A DNA stretch of 64,000 nt from the human T2T-CHM13v2.0 reference genome, Homo sapiens (GCF_009914755.1 NC_060941.1); one strand, 5' to 3'. Shown: positions 1-15,060, counted from the stretch's first letter. Numbers and translations are program-made. Notes: generated from the letters alone by a model not told the origin.

Positions 1-241
1 CTTCCTGACCAGTAATGCATCTTCCCTCAGACCTATCCTGTGGCCAGTGGCTCTCTACCTTTCACTATGACTTTTTTTTTTTAAGTCACCCATTACAGGT
101 TTGAAAAGTGACTTGAAGAATGAGCCTTTTTTTTTTGTCCCTGTCAGTCCCAGCAGAGGCCTTGCACATGGTGAAAGCTCGAGATCACAGACGGTCAGGT
201 CATCCTGCTCTGACATGACCACCCCACCCCTACCCACCGTG

Positions 242-310
242 GCCATTTTACAGAGCAGAAGACTGAGGCCCAGAGAAGTGATGAGATTTGACAACGTTAG
301 TCTGCCAAGT
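242..310 (-). mobile_element. MIR fragment
   Basis: ccattttacagagcagaagactgaggcccagagaagt resembles the reverse-complement MIR core. Confidence 0.55.
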
Positions 311-1099
311 CTCATCTCGTCTGGGACAGGAAGAGCCGATGTCCCTGGTGGGTTCCTGTTTAAAGCCCCAGCCTCCTTCACACTTCTAAATCCCTTCTCC
401 ACACTTCAGATGAGGGAACCTGAGTTAATTTCAAGGGCTTTCAATGACCATTTGCAATTAACTGTATGGGAAATATCTTCAGTCAATTAGCTTTGGCACT
501 TTTCTAGGGCTGTCACCAACCTGCTCTGGAGCAATCAGACTTAATTATCTTGTTGTCTTTTCTTCTTTGTTTTTTAACGTTAATCTCATTTGTGAGGGTT
601 TCTGTAAACAACTGGGTAAGCAGAGACTTAATTTGAATGAAGACAATTTGGACAAAGTAACTGTATTTTACCAAAAACTGGAAGGCTTTAAAAACCTCAG
701 TTGAGTCTGTCCTATAGTTTATGGGGTCTTCATGTTCTCCTAAAATCACTAGAATTCAGCTCCTAGGGAACAGAAATTTAACCCTATAGGGAAGCTCACT
801 TTTTCTTTTGGCTTGTTTTTTGAGCAGCAAAGAGCACAGAAGAGGAACTCAGGAGGGGACAGCCAGTGTTTTGTTTGGGTTCAACCTCTTCAGACCCAGT
901 AATAAACTTACTGAATTAAACTAAACAGCCCTTTAATAGCAGTAACTGATGGCTGCTTAGGGAGGGAGCAAGATGCAGCACAGCATTTAAAAACGAGACA
1001 CAAGGAAGATTAGCAGGGGTTTGCAGTGAGCACTTGTCTCTTCTGCCTACTTCCCCATGAATTCTGCCTCCAAGAGTGGCATCCTTATTTTCTTTAGCA

Positions 1100-1540
1100 A
1101 CCAGTCCCCTGCCAGGACTAGGAAAATCCTTGCCATTTGAGGAAGGATGAGCCACCACCACCCAGTTCTAGTTATGGGCAGCTGGTCAACTGCACTGCAT
1201 TATCTGGCCACAGTTGTTGGCTTGGGATGGAAAAACAACCTAGGCTGGGCCACTGAGGGTCAATCTTGGGACATTTTCTGAGCTGCCATCTTTCTGTGGG
1301 TGGTGCTGGGTTGTAAACATGAGTATCTGGTCCTGTCACCAGCTATGTTTCCCCTTCATGAGAAGAGTCAGCTTCATGAGAATGAAGGAAAAACAAAGGA
1401 AAGCAGAGGAGAGAGGGAGAAAGAGAGGTTCCTGATGCCAACAGTTGAGTTGATACCTGAATCAAGGTACATCCTTGACTATTAGTTTATTTGGCTAATA
1501 ATTCACTTTTTTCCTTCTTAATGAAATTTGTGTCACAACT
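1100..1540 (+). mobile_element. Old MaLR LTR (MLT1J/K-like), degraded
   Basis: 3' end aataattcactttttt...tttgtgtcac resembles the MLT1J/K terminus; boundaries approximate. Confidence 0.4.
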
Positions 1541-1606
1541 CAAAGACTCCTTACAAATATAATGTTTGACAAAACATTATCAAGGTAAAAAAAATGATGA
1601 CTTAAT

Positions 1607-1782
1607 GACCAGGTATGGTGGCCAATGCCTGTAATCCCTGGACTTTGGGAGGCCAAGGCAGGAGGATTGCTTGAGCCCAGAAATCAGGAGTTCAAGGCTT
1701 CAGTGAGCTAGGATGGCACCACTGCACTCCAGCCTGGGCAACAGAGTGAGACTCCATCTCTCTTAAAAAAAAAAAAAAAAAG
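1607..1782 (+). mobile_element. Alu monomer (FRAM/AluJ-type)
   Basis: Alu start joined to right-arm end, ~175 bp, poly(A) tail, TSD-like gatgactta on both sides. Confidence 0.85.
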
Positions 1783-2408
1783 ATGACTTACTATTTATTG
1801 TCAACCATATGCAAGTAGTAAAAAAGTAAAGACTTAATTGAAGCTCCCTGCAAAGCCTGAATGATAAATCAAGGTAGGATGAATCTTACGAAAGGAATAA
1901 CCCAACATTTTGCTTCTGTTCCTCCATGGCCCTGGGGCACTTGTAGCCTTCAGAATCCTCAAGAAGTTGGGCGATGACCTTTCAGTGGCTTCCGTCTCAG
2001 GCACTTCTCTGATGACAGGTCCAGAGATGGCTCAGCTGTGTCTTGGCTGTCTGGAGTCTGTAAACATTGCCACTCCTATCTGGCATGCAGCACCAGGGGT
2101 GCTGGCCAGGATTCCTGATAACTGGCTGTGTGATCTTGGGAATGGCACACTGCTACCCCTTTTCTCAAATGCCCCACAACAAGGTGGCCAGGCTAGCTTT
2201 GGCATGGTTTCCAGGGGTCCAATCTGTGATGCCAGCTTCTTCCTGTATGAGGCCCCTCAAGACCCCCTTTGAGTCCTTGTGTTACTTTGCCCAATGGCAG
2301 CTCCCTTCCTGGGGAACTCACATTCCTGACCCATGCGAGATCGCAAACAGCCCTCCCTACTGCAGCCTGGGTTCTCCAGAGCTCCTGGTTTTCCCTCTGA
2401 AAGTCAGC

Positions 2409-2420
2409 ATGACGTCAGCA
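2409..2420 (+). promoter_or_regulatory. CRE / CNC-sMaf-type motif ATGACGTCAGCA
   Basis: Perfect TGACGTCA palindrome at 2410-2417 with GCA flank; motif only, function not shown. Confidence 0.35.
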
Positions 2421-3439
2421 CGACATCAGCATGCCACACTCCACTGTACTTTTGTTTCCCTCACTCCTTGACATTGGCTCAGAAAGAAGAGAGAATTCCG
2501 TACAGAGCTTTTGCTAGAATTATGCTTTTGGTCCCCAGGAGGTTATTGAGGGATCTAAGAGAGTTGGGAACACGGACGGCTATCGGAATTGACACATGAT
2601 TCTGGATCCTGGCAAAATGTACTGGGGAAGGACAGATAGGAGGCTTTGTACCTATTGCCACTGACATTCATCACACAACTGAAAAGTGAGCAAGACAAGA
2701 AACCCTCAGTGCGAATTTGAAGAGAAACAAGAGAAGAGCTGGACACAAGTCTCATCCCTGTGGGCAGAGGCAGCCTGGTCTTTAATCGGGGGAGAACTGA
2801 ACTTTAAGGCTTCACATGTGTCCTGCAGGAAGGAGGAGGATGCTCTGCCCTTAGTGGGCTGGGTTCAGGGGCATCTGTCAACCCCACTTTCTGCACTGCA
2901 GCTGGCCATCTGGCCATGTGCCCAGCTCTGAGCATGTCCTGGGTCCTGTCTAGCACACTAGCGAATCAATAAACTGAAATGTCATGCTTCCGGGAGCCAT
3001 CCGTCGTGGTAAATGTTGTTGCTCAATAAATGTCCACAGAGGGTAACAAACTCTGTCTTGCAGAGGACCTTTTGGCCACCACGTGCTCTCTTGATCCTCC
3101 CATTGGAATCATCATAGGGCTCCCCTGGGTTCAAATTTAATAGGAAGGGATGAGAGCCTGCTTCTGAGCCTGAAGCAAAGCATACTGTTTTTTGTTTTGT
3201 TTTTGTTCGTTTGTTTGTTTTTCCTGAAGGGCTGGGCGCCCATAAGCTGGCATCCTAACCCCAGAAACTTTGTGGTTATCATTGGTGCTGTTTGCCAAAC
3301 ATTTGCAATTCTCTCCACATCTGGTGCAGGGTGGCTGCACCCTGGCTCCTGGCTATACTTCCTGACTCCTCTGTGATTGAATGCATCTAAATGATTAGTT
3401 TTGATCAATGTGCTGTGAACATAAGTGACATGGTTTGCT

Positions 3440-3696
3440 TTTCAGACTGGAGCATTTACTTGTTGATCCAAGACCCTCTTGACATGTCTTTCCTTTTGAT
3501 ATGGCGACCCAGAAGGTTAAACATGGTGGCTTCATCATCAGCCTGAGTCCCTGAGTGACTCCAATGAACTGAGCCCTCTGCCATCTTCAGTGGACACATA
3601 GCATGTGCAAAAAATCCACTTTTATTGTTGAATTTATTGACATTTGGAGAGTCATTTGTTAATGCAGCATAGACCTAACCTATTCTGACTGATACA
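3440..3696 (+). mobile_element. MaLR LTR 3' part (MLT1J/H-like)
   Basis: cagcctgagtccctgagtgact...tgcagcatagacctaacctattctgactgataca matches the MLT1J-type end. Confidence 0.6.
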
Positions 3697-5661
3697 GGCT
3701 CCAGAGTAATCAGACGTCTAAAAGAAAGGCAAAAATACCAACTGAACCTCTCACCTGCCCTAAGCATCTAAAATAACCATATAAACCATGCTGCAGAATT
3801 AAAAGTTGCCCTTCTGGTTAAGCATGGCTGCTTCTGCAACACTGGAGAGATTTCCGGTTATATCTCCAGAAGAGTCCTAGCACACAGAAAAATGAGGCAT
3901 CTTCCTGGGCCCACTGATGTTCTTTTTCCAAGCAGAGCAGACCTGAGGAAACTTCTGATCTCAGGGAAGAAAGCACAGAGTAAGTTGGAAATGTCTCAGG
4001 ACTCAAGTGGAGGTGTAACTGCCTGTTTCATTTGCTCATCCTGGAAACTTGTCTAGAAAAGGTGTCAGGCTTGGGAAAGTGACATATGGTGGAGCTTTGC
4101 CTGTAGCATTGGCCTAGAGAGTTTGAATGAGGACACGAGGTTACCTCATGTTCCTCCAGGAAGCAACTTTAGTCTCTGAGTCCCAGCCTGTGCTGAAGTT
4201 GGGAGGCTGAGCCCACAGGAGCTGCAGTAGGGAAGTAGGTGTGTGTTCTAGGGATTTAGGAGGGGACAGAGAAAGCAGGGCATCACCCAATGTATGGGTG
4301 AGAGAGGCTATCCCTGGCACTGCTTCCAAAACACAAGCGGAGGAAAGGCTGGGCCTTCTCTCCTTGTCCCAACCTAGCCCCAGGTAGGGCATGTCCTAGC
4401 GGCCACTTGTTGGAGTCAAAGAGTACCTCCTTCTCTCTCCCAGCAGGGAGGGGTATCAGGACTGGTGTTTCTGATGTGGCTCTGTATTCAGACTGCTCTA
4501 TAGATGCACAGGATGGACAAGGGGAATGGATCACTGACTTCTGCATTGCAGAATCCCAGGCCTCAAAGAGACCCTCTTCAAAGCATCTTCACCACTGCTG
4601 TTGAGCTCTCCAGCTTCATTTCCAGAAGGCTGCTGGCTGTGCAGTTCAGAGTTCAATGCCAAAACTTGGAGAAGGCAGGAAGTATAGCTTTCTCCTATCT
4701 CTAGGAGGGCACAATGCAGGTCAAGGGTAGAAACCATTTTTCTGGCAGGAGCTTTTATTGCTTTTAATATTGGGGAGGGGGGCATAGTGTCATCTGCTGG
4801 TTGTTCAGGAACAGCGAATCCCTGTGTAGGTGCTTTCTGGGTCACAGCCCTGCTTCCACCTGTCTGCATCTGCTCACTTGCGTGGTTCACAATCAATACT
4901 GACAAAGTGGTGGCTTTTTGGATAAGTGAGATAGCAAGGAAAAAAAATTCCTACTTTAAGTCAGATTAGCTCTGAGCATCCTGGAGGGCTAGGGGTTCTC
5001 CAGGGGGTACATCTCTCTCCTTTCCTTGTCACACTTCCCACTGGTTGTGACATCAGCAAGTCATTACTGGCCACCTCACTTACCTGGAGTTCTGGGTTTG
5101 CTCCCAGCTCTGGACTCTGGGCCAACTGAAATTCTGAGCAGGTTCCACCAAATCTACCCTTACATCCTAGCAGTGATGCTTTATATCCCTTTCACAACAA
5201 TACCTTTCATTCTAGAACTCTTTCTACTTTCACGGTTATTACTGCATTCACCTCTCACAGGCCTTTCAAGAATTGAAAAATGAATTTCCATAATGTAAGT
5301 ATAGTATCTGCAGTTCCTTTATCACCACCAGGAAAACCAAAACCACTTACAGAAACATTCAGTTAAGGACAGCATGGCTTTTTGTAAATAAAAAAGACAC
5401 ATATTTTTATTCTTTTCCATCTCATCTTTCTCCCTCTGCGTTTCCATAATGCATTTTACCCTTTTAGGAGGCCTTTCTTCTGATTGTGTTATATACATTC
5501 TCACTTTAGGACTTCTGCAATCTCAGGAAGTATTTAAGCCCAGTATCCTTATTCTTTGTTCTTGTTTTACTCTCTTTTCTTTCAACAAAGCACTGGAAAT
5601 CCTTATTTTTATTTTTGGAAATTGCAGTTGCTTTTTTTTTCTTCCCAGTCTGCTCTCCCCC

Positions 5662-6926
<1,265 letters not shown>

Positions 6927-7057
6927 CCTCTAATATTTTTCAACTTGCTCCAAAACTTACGTAACATTTTCAGATAGCCAGTGTTTTCCTTTGTACGCTC
7001 TTTGAGTTCTACAGGTGTTTTCTTCCTTAATTAACCTCCTTAAAATAAAACTAGGCA

Positions 7058-8590
7058 CTCATTCATTCATTTTCTCATTCACTCATTCATATAACCATTC
7101 AGAAATATTTATTGAACACCTACTATGTGCTAGACACTGTTCTGGGTACTGGAGAACTGGAGACAGCAGCGAATGAGATAGGCATAATCCCTGCCCATGT
7201 GATCTTATATTTTTATAGGGGAGACTAACAAAGATTTAAGTAATTAAGAATCATTATCTCAGAAAGCGATACATGCTCTGAAGATCAATAAAACAGAGTA
7301 GGTTGATAAAAGGTGATGGGGGCCAAGTGTTTTAAAAAAGGGTTAAGGAGACCTCTTTGAGGAAGTGATGTTAAAGAAGAGAACTGAATGAGGCAATGGA
7401 GGCAGCCATGCCCTACAGGAGGAGGAGACACCATGCAGGAAAGCCCAAAGGCAGGAAGGCACTTGGTACATTCAAGGAACAGCAAGGAGGCCAGTGTGGC
7501 TGAGCTTGATGAGTGGGGTGAGAGGGGCAAGAGTGGGGCCAGAGAAGTGGGTGGGGGCCTTCTAGGTCATAAGCAGACCTTGGAGTTGGTCTAAGTGGGA
7601 TAAAATGCACTGTAGAGTGACAAGTAGGTGGTGACATCATCTGGTTCATGGTTTAGAAAGACAACTCTGGCCGGGCGCGGTGGCTTACACCTGTAACTCC
7701 AGCACTTTGGGAGGCCAAGGCGGGCGGATCGTGAGGTCAAGAGATTGAGACCATCCTGGCCAACATGGTGAAACCTCGTCTCTACTAAAAATACAAAAAT
7801 TAGCTGGGCGTGGTGGCATGCACCTATAGTCCCAGCTACTTGGGAGGGTGAGGCAGGAGAATCGCTTGAACCCAGGAGACAGAGGTTGCAGTGAGCCAAG
7901 ATTGTGCCACTGCACGATGACAGAGTGAGACTTCATCAGACTTCTGGGGGAAGAATTGAGAGCATATGGCAATGGAAAAAGAGAGTTCATTTAGGAGGCC
8001 ATTGCAGAAGTCCAAGAAAGATAGCAGTCCATTGGATAGGATGGAAACCTGGAGATCAGGGGAAGCAATGAATTCAAGACGTACCATGAGGGTAGAGCTG
8101 ATAGTAACTGCTCACAGGCTGCACTTAGGGGACGAAGAAAGAGAGGCCCATGGACCACCCTTAGGTTTCTGGCCTCAGTAAAACTGGATGAACAACTTCT
8201 ATCAAGGAGGTAGGAAAAACGGTGGAGAAATAACGTGTGGCAAAGAATTACGGGTTCAGGTTAAAACGTATTAGGCTTAATAGATAAATGGAGATATGGG
8301 AGAAAGCAACTGAATAATTAATGGAGCTGTAGATATGGACTTGGGGTAGAAATAATGTTTAAAGTCACAGGACCAGGTGAGATCACCAGGAAGTGAAGAG
8401 GGAGAAGAAAAGCAGTGCAAGGACTTATTAGCCATAGGGAACTTCAAATTTTAAAGGTTAAGAAGGAAGGTGGAAATCAGCAAAGAAGATTTAGAAGCAG
8501 CAGCCTGTCATATAGGAGGAAAATCAGCAGAGTAATGGCTCCTGGAATCCAAGTGAGGAAAACACTTCAAGGAGGGCATGATAAATGATG
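7058..8590 (-). mobile_element. L2 (L2a-like) 3' region, interrupted by Alu
   Basis: cattcattcatt...atttattgaacacctactatgtgctagacactgttct is the reversed L2 3' end; L2-like purine-rich sequence resumes after the Alu. Confidence 0.75.
7669..7937 (+). mobile_element. AluSc-like, lacking poly(A) tail
   Basis: gaggtcaagagattgagaccatcctggccaacatgg; 3' end lacks tccagcctgg and the A-tail. Confidence 0.9.
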
Positions 8591-9339
8591 TCAACCCTTG
8601 TGCACCTTACAGCAAAACTATAAGGCACAAAACATGGTCTTTGTTTTGTAGCTAGGGAAATTAGTCCTTAAAGAAATGAGGTGGTCTGCCTAGAGGGATG
8701 CAAACTGTTGGAAACAGAACCAAGCATACAACTACATACCAGGGTGCCCTTTCCCTTAACTCATGCCACAGATCTCCTTTTCTGCATTCCCAAGAGGGGA
8801 GAGGCCTGAGAGGGTCAGCAACAGTACCAATAGGGAGCAGAGCCAGCGCAATTCTGCTCTTTCTGGTGGCTTGACTGAGGAGGACCTTAACACCCTTCAC
8901 AGAGACACAAAGAGTTGGGTGTTGGCTTCTATTTTCCTGATGTGCATCTTTCAGAAGGTAGAGGATGATGCAGCCAAGGGCTAGAAGGCTTTACCATGTA
9001 AGCAAGTATTTGTACCTTTCCAGAAGGTGAAGTCCTGGCCTTGTAAACCATCACAGCCTGGATTAAGTTACGGCTGAGCAGAATAAAGGTCTCTCTTTGA
9101 TTAGCTAGAAGTTCTGAGGCTCCAAGAAAATCCCTCGGAAAACATATTCCCAGTTCTTATTTTTAATTAATGACTGACATTGGGAGATATAGCTCGGTGG
9201 GTATCTATTTCCAAGATAGAATGCACAGAGAAGGGAAGAATTGTGCCTCAGGAGGTTTCCCTCTCTTAATCTGACTCCAGCTGACTCTCCTGTAAATAGT
9301 GTAATAGGAGAGGTAAATCGTCTGTGATGAGGTTCATGC

Positions 9340-9990
9340 CGGCCTTGCCTCTGAACTGCACTACCATCCATCTGGTGGTGCTAGCCAGGAAAACTGTTTC
9401 TCACTCACTCCCCATGTTGGACTTAGCACCAAGTCTTGGCAGTTTTACCTCCCAAGTATCTCTCAAACTTAATCATGTCTTTCCATCTCCACTGCTACTG
9501 CTAGGATCCAAGCCACCATTAGCCTTGGCTGGACTCCACTGATAGAGACTCCTAATTGGTTTCCCCACCTCTACTCTGAACCCTCCGATCTGCTTTCCAT
9601 GCTGCAGAACAATCTTTTCACCCTCTGCATAGAACCCTTCAATGTTTCCCATTGATCTTATGATAAAGACCGAACTCCACAGCATGACCCCTGCTCACAC
9701 CTTCCTTCTGATCTAAACTGAAACATCATTCTCTCATGAAAACCTTCTCGGACCACCCTGTGGATCATGGATGCCTTTGTTATCTGCTCTCTCAAAGCCA
9801 CATTCCTTCACCTCACAGCATTTACCTCAGTTTGGAATGATGAGCTTCATACTGCGATGGTTTGGTTGATATCTGTCTTTACCACTGGACAGAAAGTCCC
9901 ATGACCTGTCTGTTTTTTCATTCCACTGTGTCCCCAGCTGCATCTCCACAGCTGCCACATTAAAGAAGGAATGACAGTGTGAAGGAGGCT
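9340..9990 (+). mobile_element. L2 fragment
   Basis: caagtcttggcagttttacctccc...tccatctccactgctactg...caagccaccat typical of L2 3' ORF/UTR. Confidence 0.6.
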
Positions 9991-10779
9991 GAGTATAGCC
10001 AAGACGAGTTCATTCAGAGAAGAAACAAGGGGGAATCCATTGCCCTTGGAGAACTGGGTGCAATAGCCTGACAGCAGTGAGTTTTGCTCTCTTCCCAACG
10101 TACTTCTGCAGGTCTTAGCCTACGCTCCTCTCAGAGTCCGATAACTTCATCTACAGATGCTACCCCTGTTTGCTCTATCTGCTGCCCCTGAACGTCATTA
10201 ACTTCAGCCCCTCTTTAGATCTCCACAAGAAATACACTCCCACCAACCATGTTGTATATTTCCTTAAAATGTGGCACTCATGGGGAGGAGTCACCTGGAA
10301 GACAGCCTTACTATCTTCACCTTTCCCCATCTCTGCTCTTCCTTCTATTCCTTCCTGGATTGCCTCTCCATTCTCCCCACCTCCAGAGCACTCCAAATTC
10401 TCCCTTTTTTATACATATCACTTTCCTTGTTCCTTTGCAATCTTGATGCCACTCAATGCTCAGATTGGAGAAAGATCTCAGCTTCTCTCCCCAAGGTTGC
10501 ACACAGAAACCCATGTAGAACCTGAGAACAAAAGCCCTTGCCCTTAGTATGATATAAGCTCCTTAAAGAACATTCACCATTATAAAGGGTAAGAGAATCT
10601 GCCCACTGCCCAGTCATGAAAACAAGCTACAACATAGAGATGGTAGAATCTAGAATGCTTTAATAAAAACAACACTAGAGCTAGTTCTTAGCCTTTTCTG
10701 GGACATCACTCTGGTGTGACCTTAATGAAAACAGGGACTCTTATTAAAACCACTGAGGAGTTTAGAAAACTGTGGTATC

Positions 10780-10892
10780 CCAGGTCTTCCTCATCATTGG
10801 AGATTCTGGTTTAATTGTTTGAATGGGGCCCGGCATTGGTATTTGTAAGACTACCCAGATGATTCTAATGTGCATCCAGCTCTGACTATTTC
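10780..10892. mobile_element. MER5-type DNA transposon fragment
   Basis: gagattctggtttaattg...tggggcccggcattggtattt...gatgattctaatgtgca. Confidence 0.6.
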
Positions 10893-11189
10893 TGATGGAA
10901 CATCTCTTTCCTTTTATAGGTGAGGAAATTGAGGCTCAGAGAGCAAATCTGTAGCTTAACAGACATCCTGTTGGTCATAATTCTATTTTTAAATGGTTTA
11001 AAAGCTCAGTTTGTCCTTTTGAATCTCAGCATCCTCATTCTTGGATTCTTTATTTATATCCCAAATGGCTGGACACCTTTGAATTTCTTCTTTCAGAGAG
11101 GAGAGATGGTGTTAAACTTTTTACCTTCTGGCCTATAAGCAGTTTCCCATTGCATTCTTACTCAGATGGCCACTTTGGTGGTATAAATG

Positions 11190-11347
11190 CAGCACCCCGA
11201 ACTGTAGTGTGAATCACTTAGGGAACTTGTTAAGTGCAGACTAATTGAGAAGATCTGGGTACAGGTTGAGATGCTACATTCACATTTCTGACATGCTTCT
11301 AGTTGATGCTGATACTGCTGGTCGGGGGACCACAGTTTGAGTAGCAA
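11190..11347. mobile_element. MER5A1/MER5B-like fragment
   Basis: gaatcacttagggaacttgttaa...gatgctgatactgctggtcggggaccacagtttgagtagca. Confidence 0.65.
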
Positions 11348-12249
11348 GAGTGAAGTGGAGTGTTACAGTTTCTGTTTTCCCACCAGACTTTCTGCCTCAT
11401 TTTGTCAAGGGCTTTTATAAAAATTTATCTTCTTTTTTCTTGAGAACCCCATCTTTAACCACAGGGATTGCTAGCATGTTATTGGAGAAGTTCCATTTTC
11501 CCTGAGGTTATACTAAGAAGTGTGTTAGGAGGAGCAGCCAGGGAACATCATGCCTGTTATATTGGGATACTGTCTGCTAACGCCAAGCAGAGCCAAAGTG
11601 AGAGGTGGACGGAAAGGTCTGATGGCTGATGTCATCATTTGAGCCTCTGAATTTAACTACCTACAGATTTATCCCGGAGTTTTCCAGTTACCTTAGTTGA
11701 TAAATCCATGCCACTTTTTTCTCTTTAGGCTGACCTAAGTGTGTTAAAAACCTAATGGGCTAAGTTAAGGTGGTTTCCAAGGTGGTGAGAATGTTACCAA
11801 TTCTGGTTGGGAATTTGGAAATGTTTATTATGCAACAGTGAAGCAACTGGTTAAGCTGTTACCTATAGAGTTGAAGCTCTTTCCATCTTAGGACTTTGTC
11901 CAAGGTGCATATTGAAACTGCAGCTTTAGAAAAATGTCAGAATGTTGGTAAGCAACAAGATCTTCAAAAAAACAAATAACAACAACAACAACAAAACGAC
12001 AAAAAACAAAGATGTCAGAATGTTGAAGTAGGTGGTCTTTTCTTTCTTTTTTTGGAAACTAATAAATATTCTGAATAAATTACTAAATTTTAGTTTCAGC
12101 TACCTGTCTGAAGGCAGAAAAAGAATATCATGCAACTGTGGTGTGTGCAATCAGCTAAGACAGTATCCAGTCATATCATCACACAGCCTGACAAATTCTT
12201 TGTATGAAATTCAAGTTAATGCAAGGAAGGAGAGAGAGAGTGAGAAATT

Positions 12250-12735
12250 GCATTACTTATCCGTTATTGCATAGCAAATTACCCCGAAATGTAGTGGCTT
12301 AAGACAACAAACATTGATTCCTGTCCAGTATCTGTAGGGTAGGAATTCCAGCAAAGCATAGATAAGTGACCCTGCCTCACAGTCCCCTCTCACAAAGCTA
12401 CACTCAGGGTGTTGGCTGGAGCTATGTTCTCATCTGAAGACTCTCCTTGGGGTAGCAGGAGTACTTGCTTCTAAGCTGTTTCATGTGACTGGCAGACTGG
12501 ATCCCTTGCTATGTAGGCCTGTTTACTTGATTGCCCCATAACATGATAGCTGGCTTCTCCAGGGTGAATGATTGAGGAGAGAGCAAAAGAGGAGGTGCCC
12601 AAGACAGAAGCCATAGTCTTTTTATAACCCAATGTCTTAGAAACCTGTCAATAAGTCCAGGCCATGCTCAATAGGCTGGTGTGAATATCAGGAGGTAATG
12701 CTCACTGGAGGTGATCTTAGAAGCTGTCTACCACA
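12250..12735 (-). mobile_element. MaLR LTR MLT1F-like
   Basis: gcatagcaaattaccccgaaatgtagtggcttaagacaacaaaca...atcttagaagctgtctaccaca. Confidence 0.7.
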
Positions 12736-12811
12736 GAAACTCATTGAGAAGTAAGATTACAACCCTTGAAGGTATACCAAGTCCCTCCTAAATGACTTCT
12801 GCTGTCTATCC

Positions 12812-13115
12812 TTTTTTTAAAAAAGTAGATATGGAGTCTTGCTCTGTCACCCAGGCTGGAGTACAGTGGTGTGATCACAGCTCCCTGCAGTCTTTACCTC
12901 CAGGGCACAATTGATTGTCCCACCTCAGCCTTCCAAGTAGCTGGAACTATAGGTGCACACTACCATGCATAGATAAATTTTGTATTTTTTTTTTTAATAT
13001 AGAGACAGGGTTCTGTTATGTTGCCCAGGCTGGTCTTGAACTCCTGAGCTCAAGAGATCTGTCCACTGGCCTCCTAAAGTTCTGGGATTTCAGGCATGAG
13101 CCACCACTTCTGGCC
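12812..13115 (-). mobile_element. AluJ
   Basis: Diverged dimeric Alu with J-type features (gtgatcacagctc, ctcctgagctcaag). Confidence 0.9.
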
Positions 13116-14337
13116 TGTTTTTTATCAGAGTCAAAACCTTCCCTCCACATGGGGACAAAAAGGACAATAATTCTGCCTGAGCACTTCGTGATGGGCAGAG
13201 GCAGCAGCCGCAAGTGAAGCTATAAGGTTTGGTTCTAGGCCTTGATGGGAGGAGGATTCTGGCCTGTTGCTAAAAGCCAGAAACAGCATCCCAGTAGAAC
13301 TCAGATGCAGAGATCCTGGCACTCATGGAGATGAGGGATGGTTATCCAGAGTGTTCAGAACTCAAATTGATCAACTGTTAACTCAGTTTTAAGGAGACTG
13401 TACAAGGAGAGAAACTCAAAGCCTGGCCAACAGGGGCCATGCTTATTGATCTCTTCTAAGATCTGAGGTCTGTGTCACCTGGCCTATAGAAATGCACTGC
13501 TAAGCAGGTATTGTTACCCTTTCTCCTTTGCACCCCTCTCAGAAATGGGCCATGATAGCCAAGAGAGCGGAAAACAGGCAGCCCAATGGACCGATTGAGG
13601 ACTTCTCTCACCACCAGGCAGGAAACCCTTCTGTTTCTCCCCTGCAGGAGCAGTTATGACCCTTTGGCCACTGAAGTCAATTCCTCTCCTTCCCTTTTCT
13701 AAATCAGAGTTACTAGTGTGTTAATCCTATTTTCTCACTATCACTGTAACAGCGGGCTTGTCAAATGTGGCTAAATCTACCCTTGTGTCTCAAGTTGCAC
13801 CAGGCTGGGGACCCACACATGACCTTGAATGAGAGGGATGCGCACCTTCCAGATGGATTTGCAGGTGGATGCAGTGGCCAGATGAAATGCTGGGCTGTCT
13901 TCCTTTGAGGAAAAGCTATGTGAGTGTTTTGATTATGTCCCAGATTATAGCATCATGTTGGCTGAGAACAATTTGTGGGAATGAATAAAAAGAAAGAAGG
14001 GCGCTTGAGTGTCAGATCATAAGACTGAAGAGAGTGGAATGTGGTAGCTGTGGCTGTGTTCTTTTGGCATGATTTCTCATCTCCTTTTCCCCTAGTTCTT
14101 TGGGGGAACTTCTTTCGCATTCTACGGGATAGTGGCGTGATTGCCATCAGACTACTTTGCTCCTCTTCCCCAGGGCTTCTGTCTCTTGCAATGAGAAGCA
14201 TTTTAACTAAAATAGGTATATATGGAATATTTTGATCTCATCCTCTTTCCTTCATAAACTTTGTTGATGACTTTTGCCATTTAACATTATAGAGGATAAT
14301 CTGGAAGTTAATCTATTTTTATAAAATAGAAAGGTAG

Positions 14338-14691
<354 letters not shown>

Positions 14692-14736
14692 TTATTATAC
14701 TTTACCCTGAGTTCAAAGTATAGCTCTATCTAGTAG

Positions 14737-15060
<324 letters not shown>

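Larger units (their letters stand above)
11500..13950 (+). mobile_element. Degraded old MaLR LTR plus internal (MLT1-int-like) sequence, interrupted by MLT1F and AluJ
   Basis: LTR-like 11500-11760; ttattatgcaacagtgaagcaactggttaagctgttacct resembles MLT internal sequence; highly diverged. Confidence 0.3.

Noticed and set aside
1890-2057. Possible minus-strand exon (tttacag acceptor, GTAAGA donor)
   Set aside because: The polypyrimidine tract is poor; it cannot be supported without transcript data
3183-3229. T-rich (GTTT)n tract near a repeated cctgaag
   Set aside because: The repeat geometry does not fit a TSD-flanked insertion; likely a simple repeat
55-5283. ORFs of 100-134 aa in the less repetitive left end
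   Set aside because: No recognisable domain, mostly non-ATG starts, overlapping on both strands, no [16 protein letters not shown] structure
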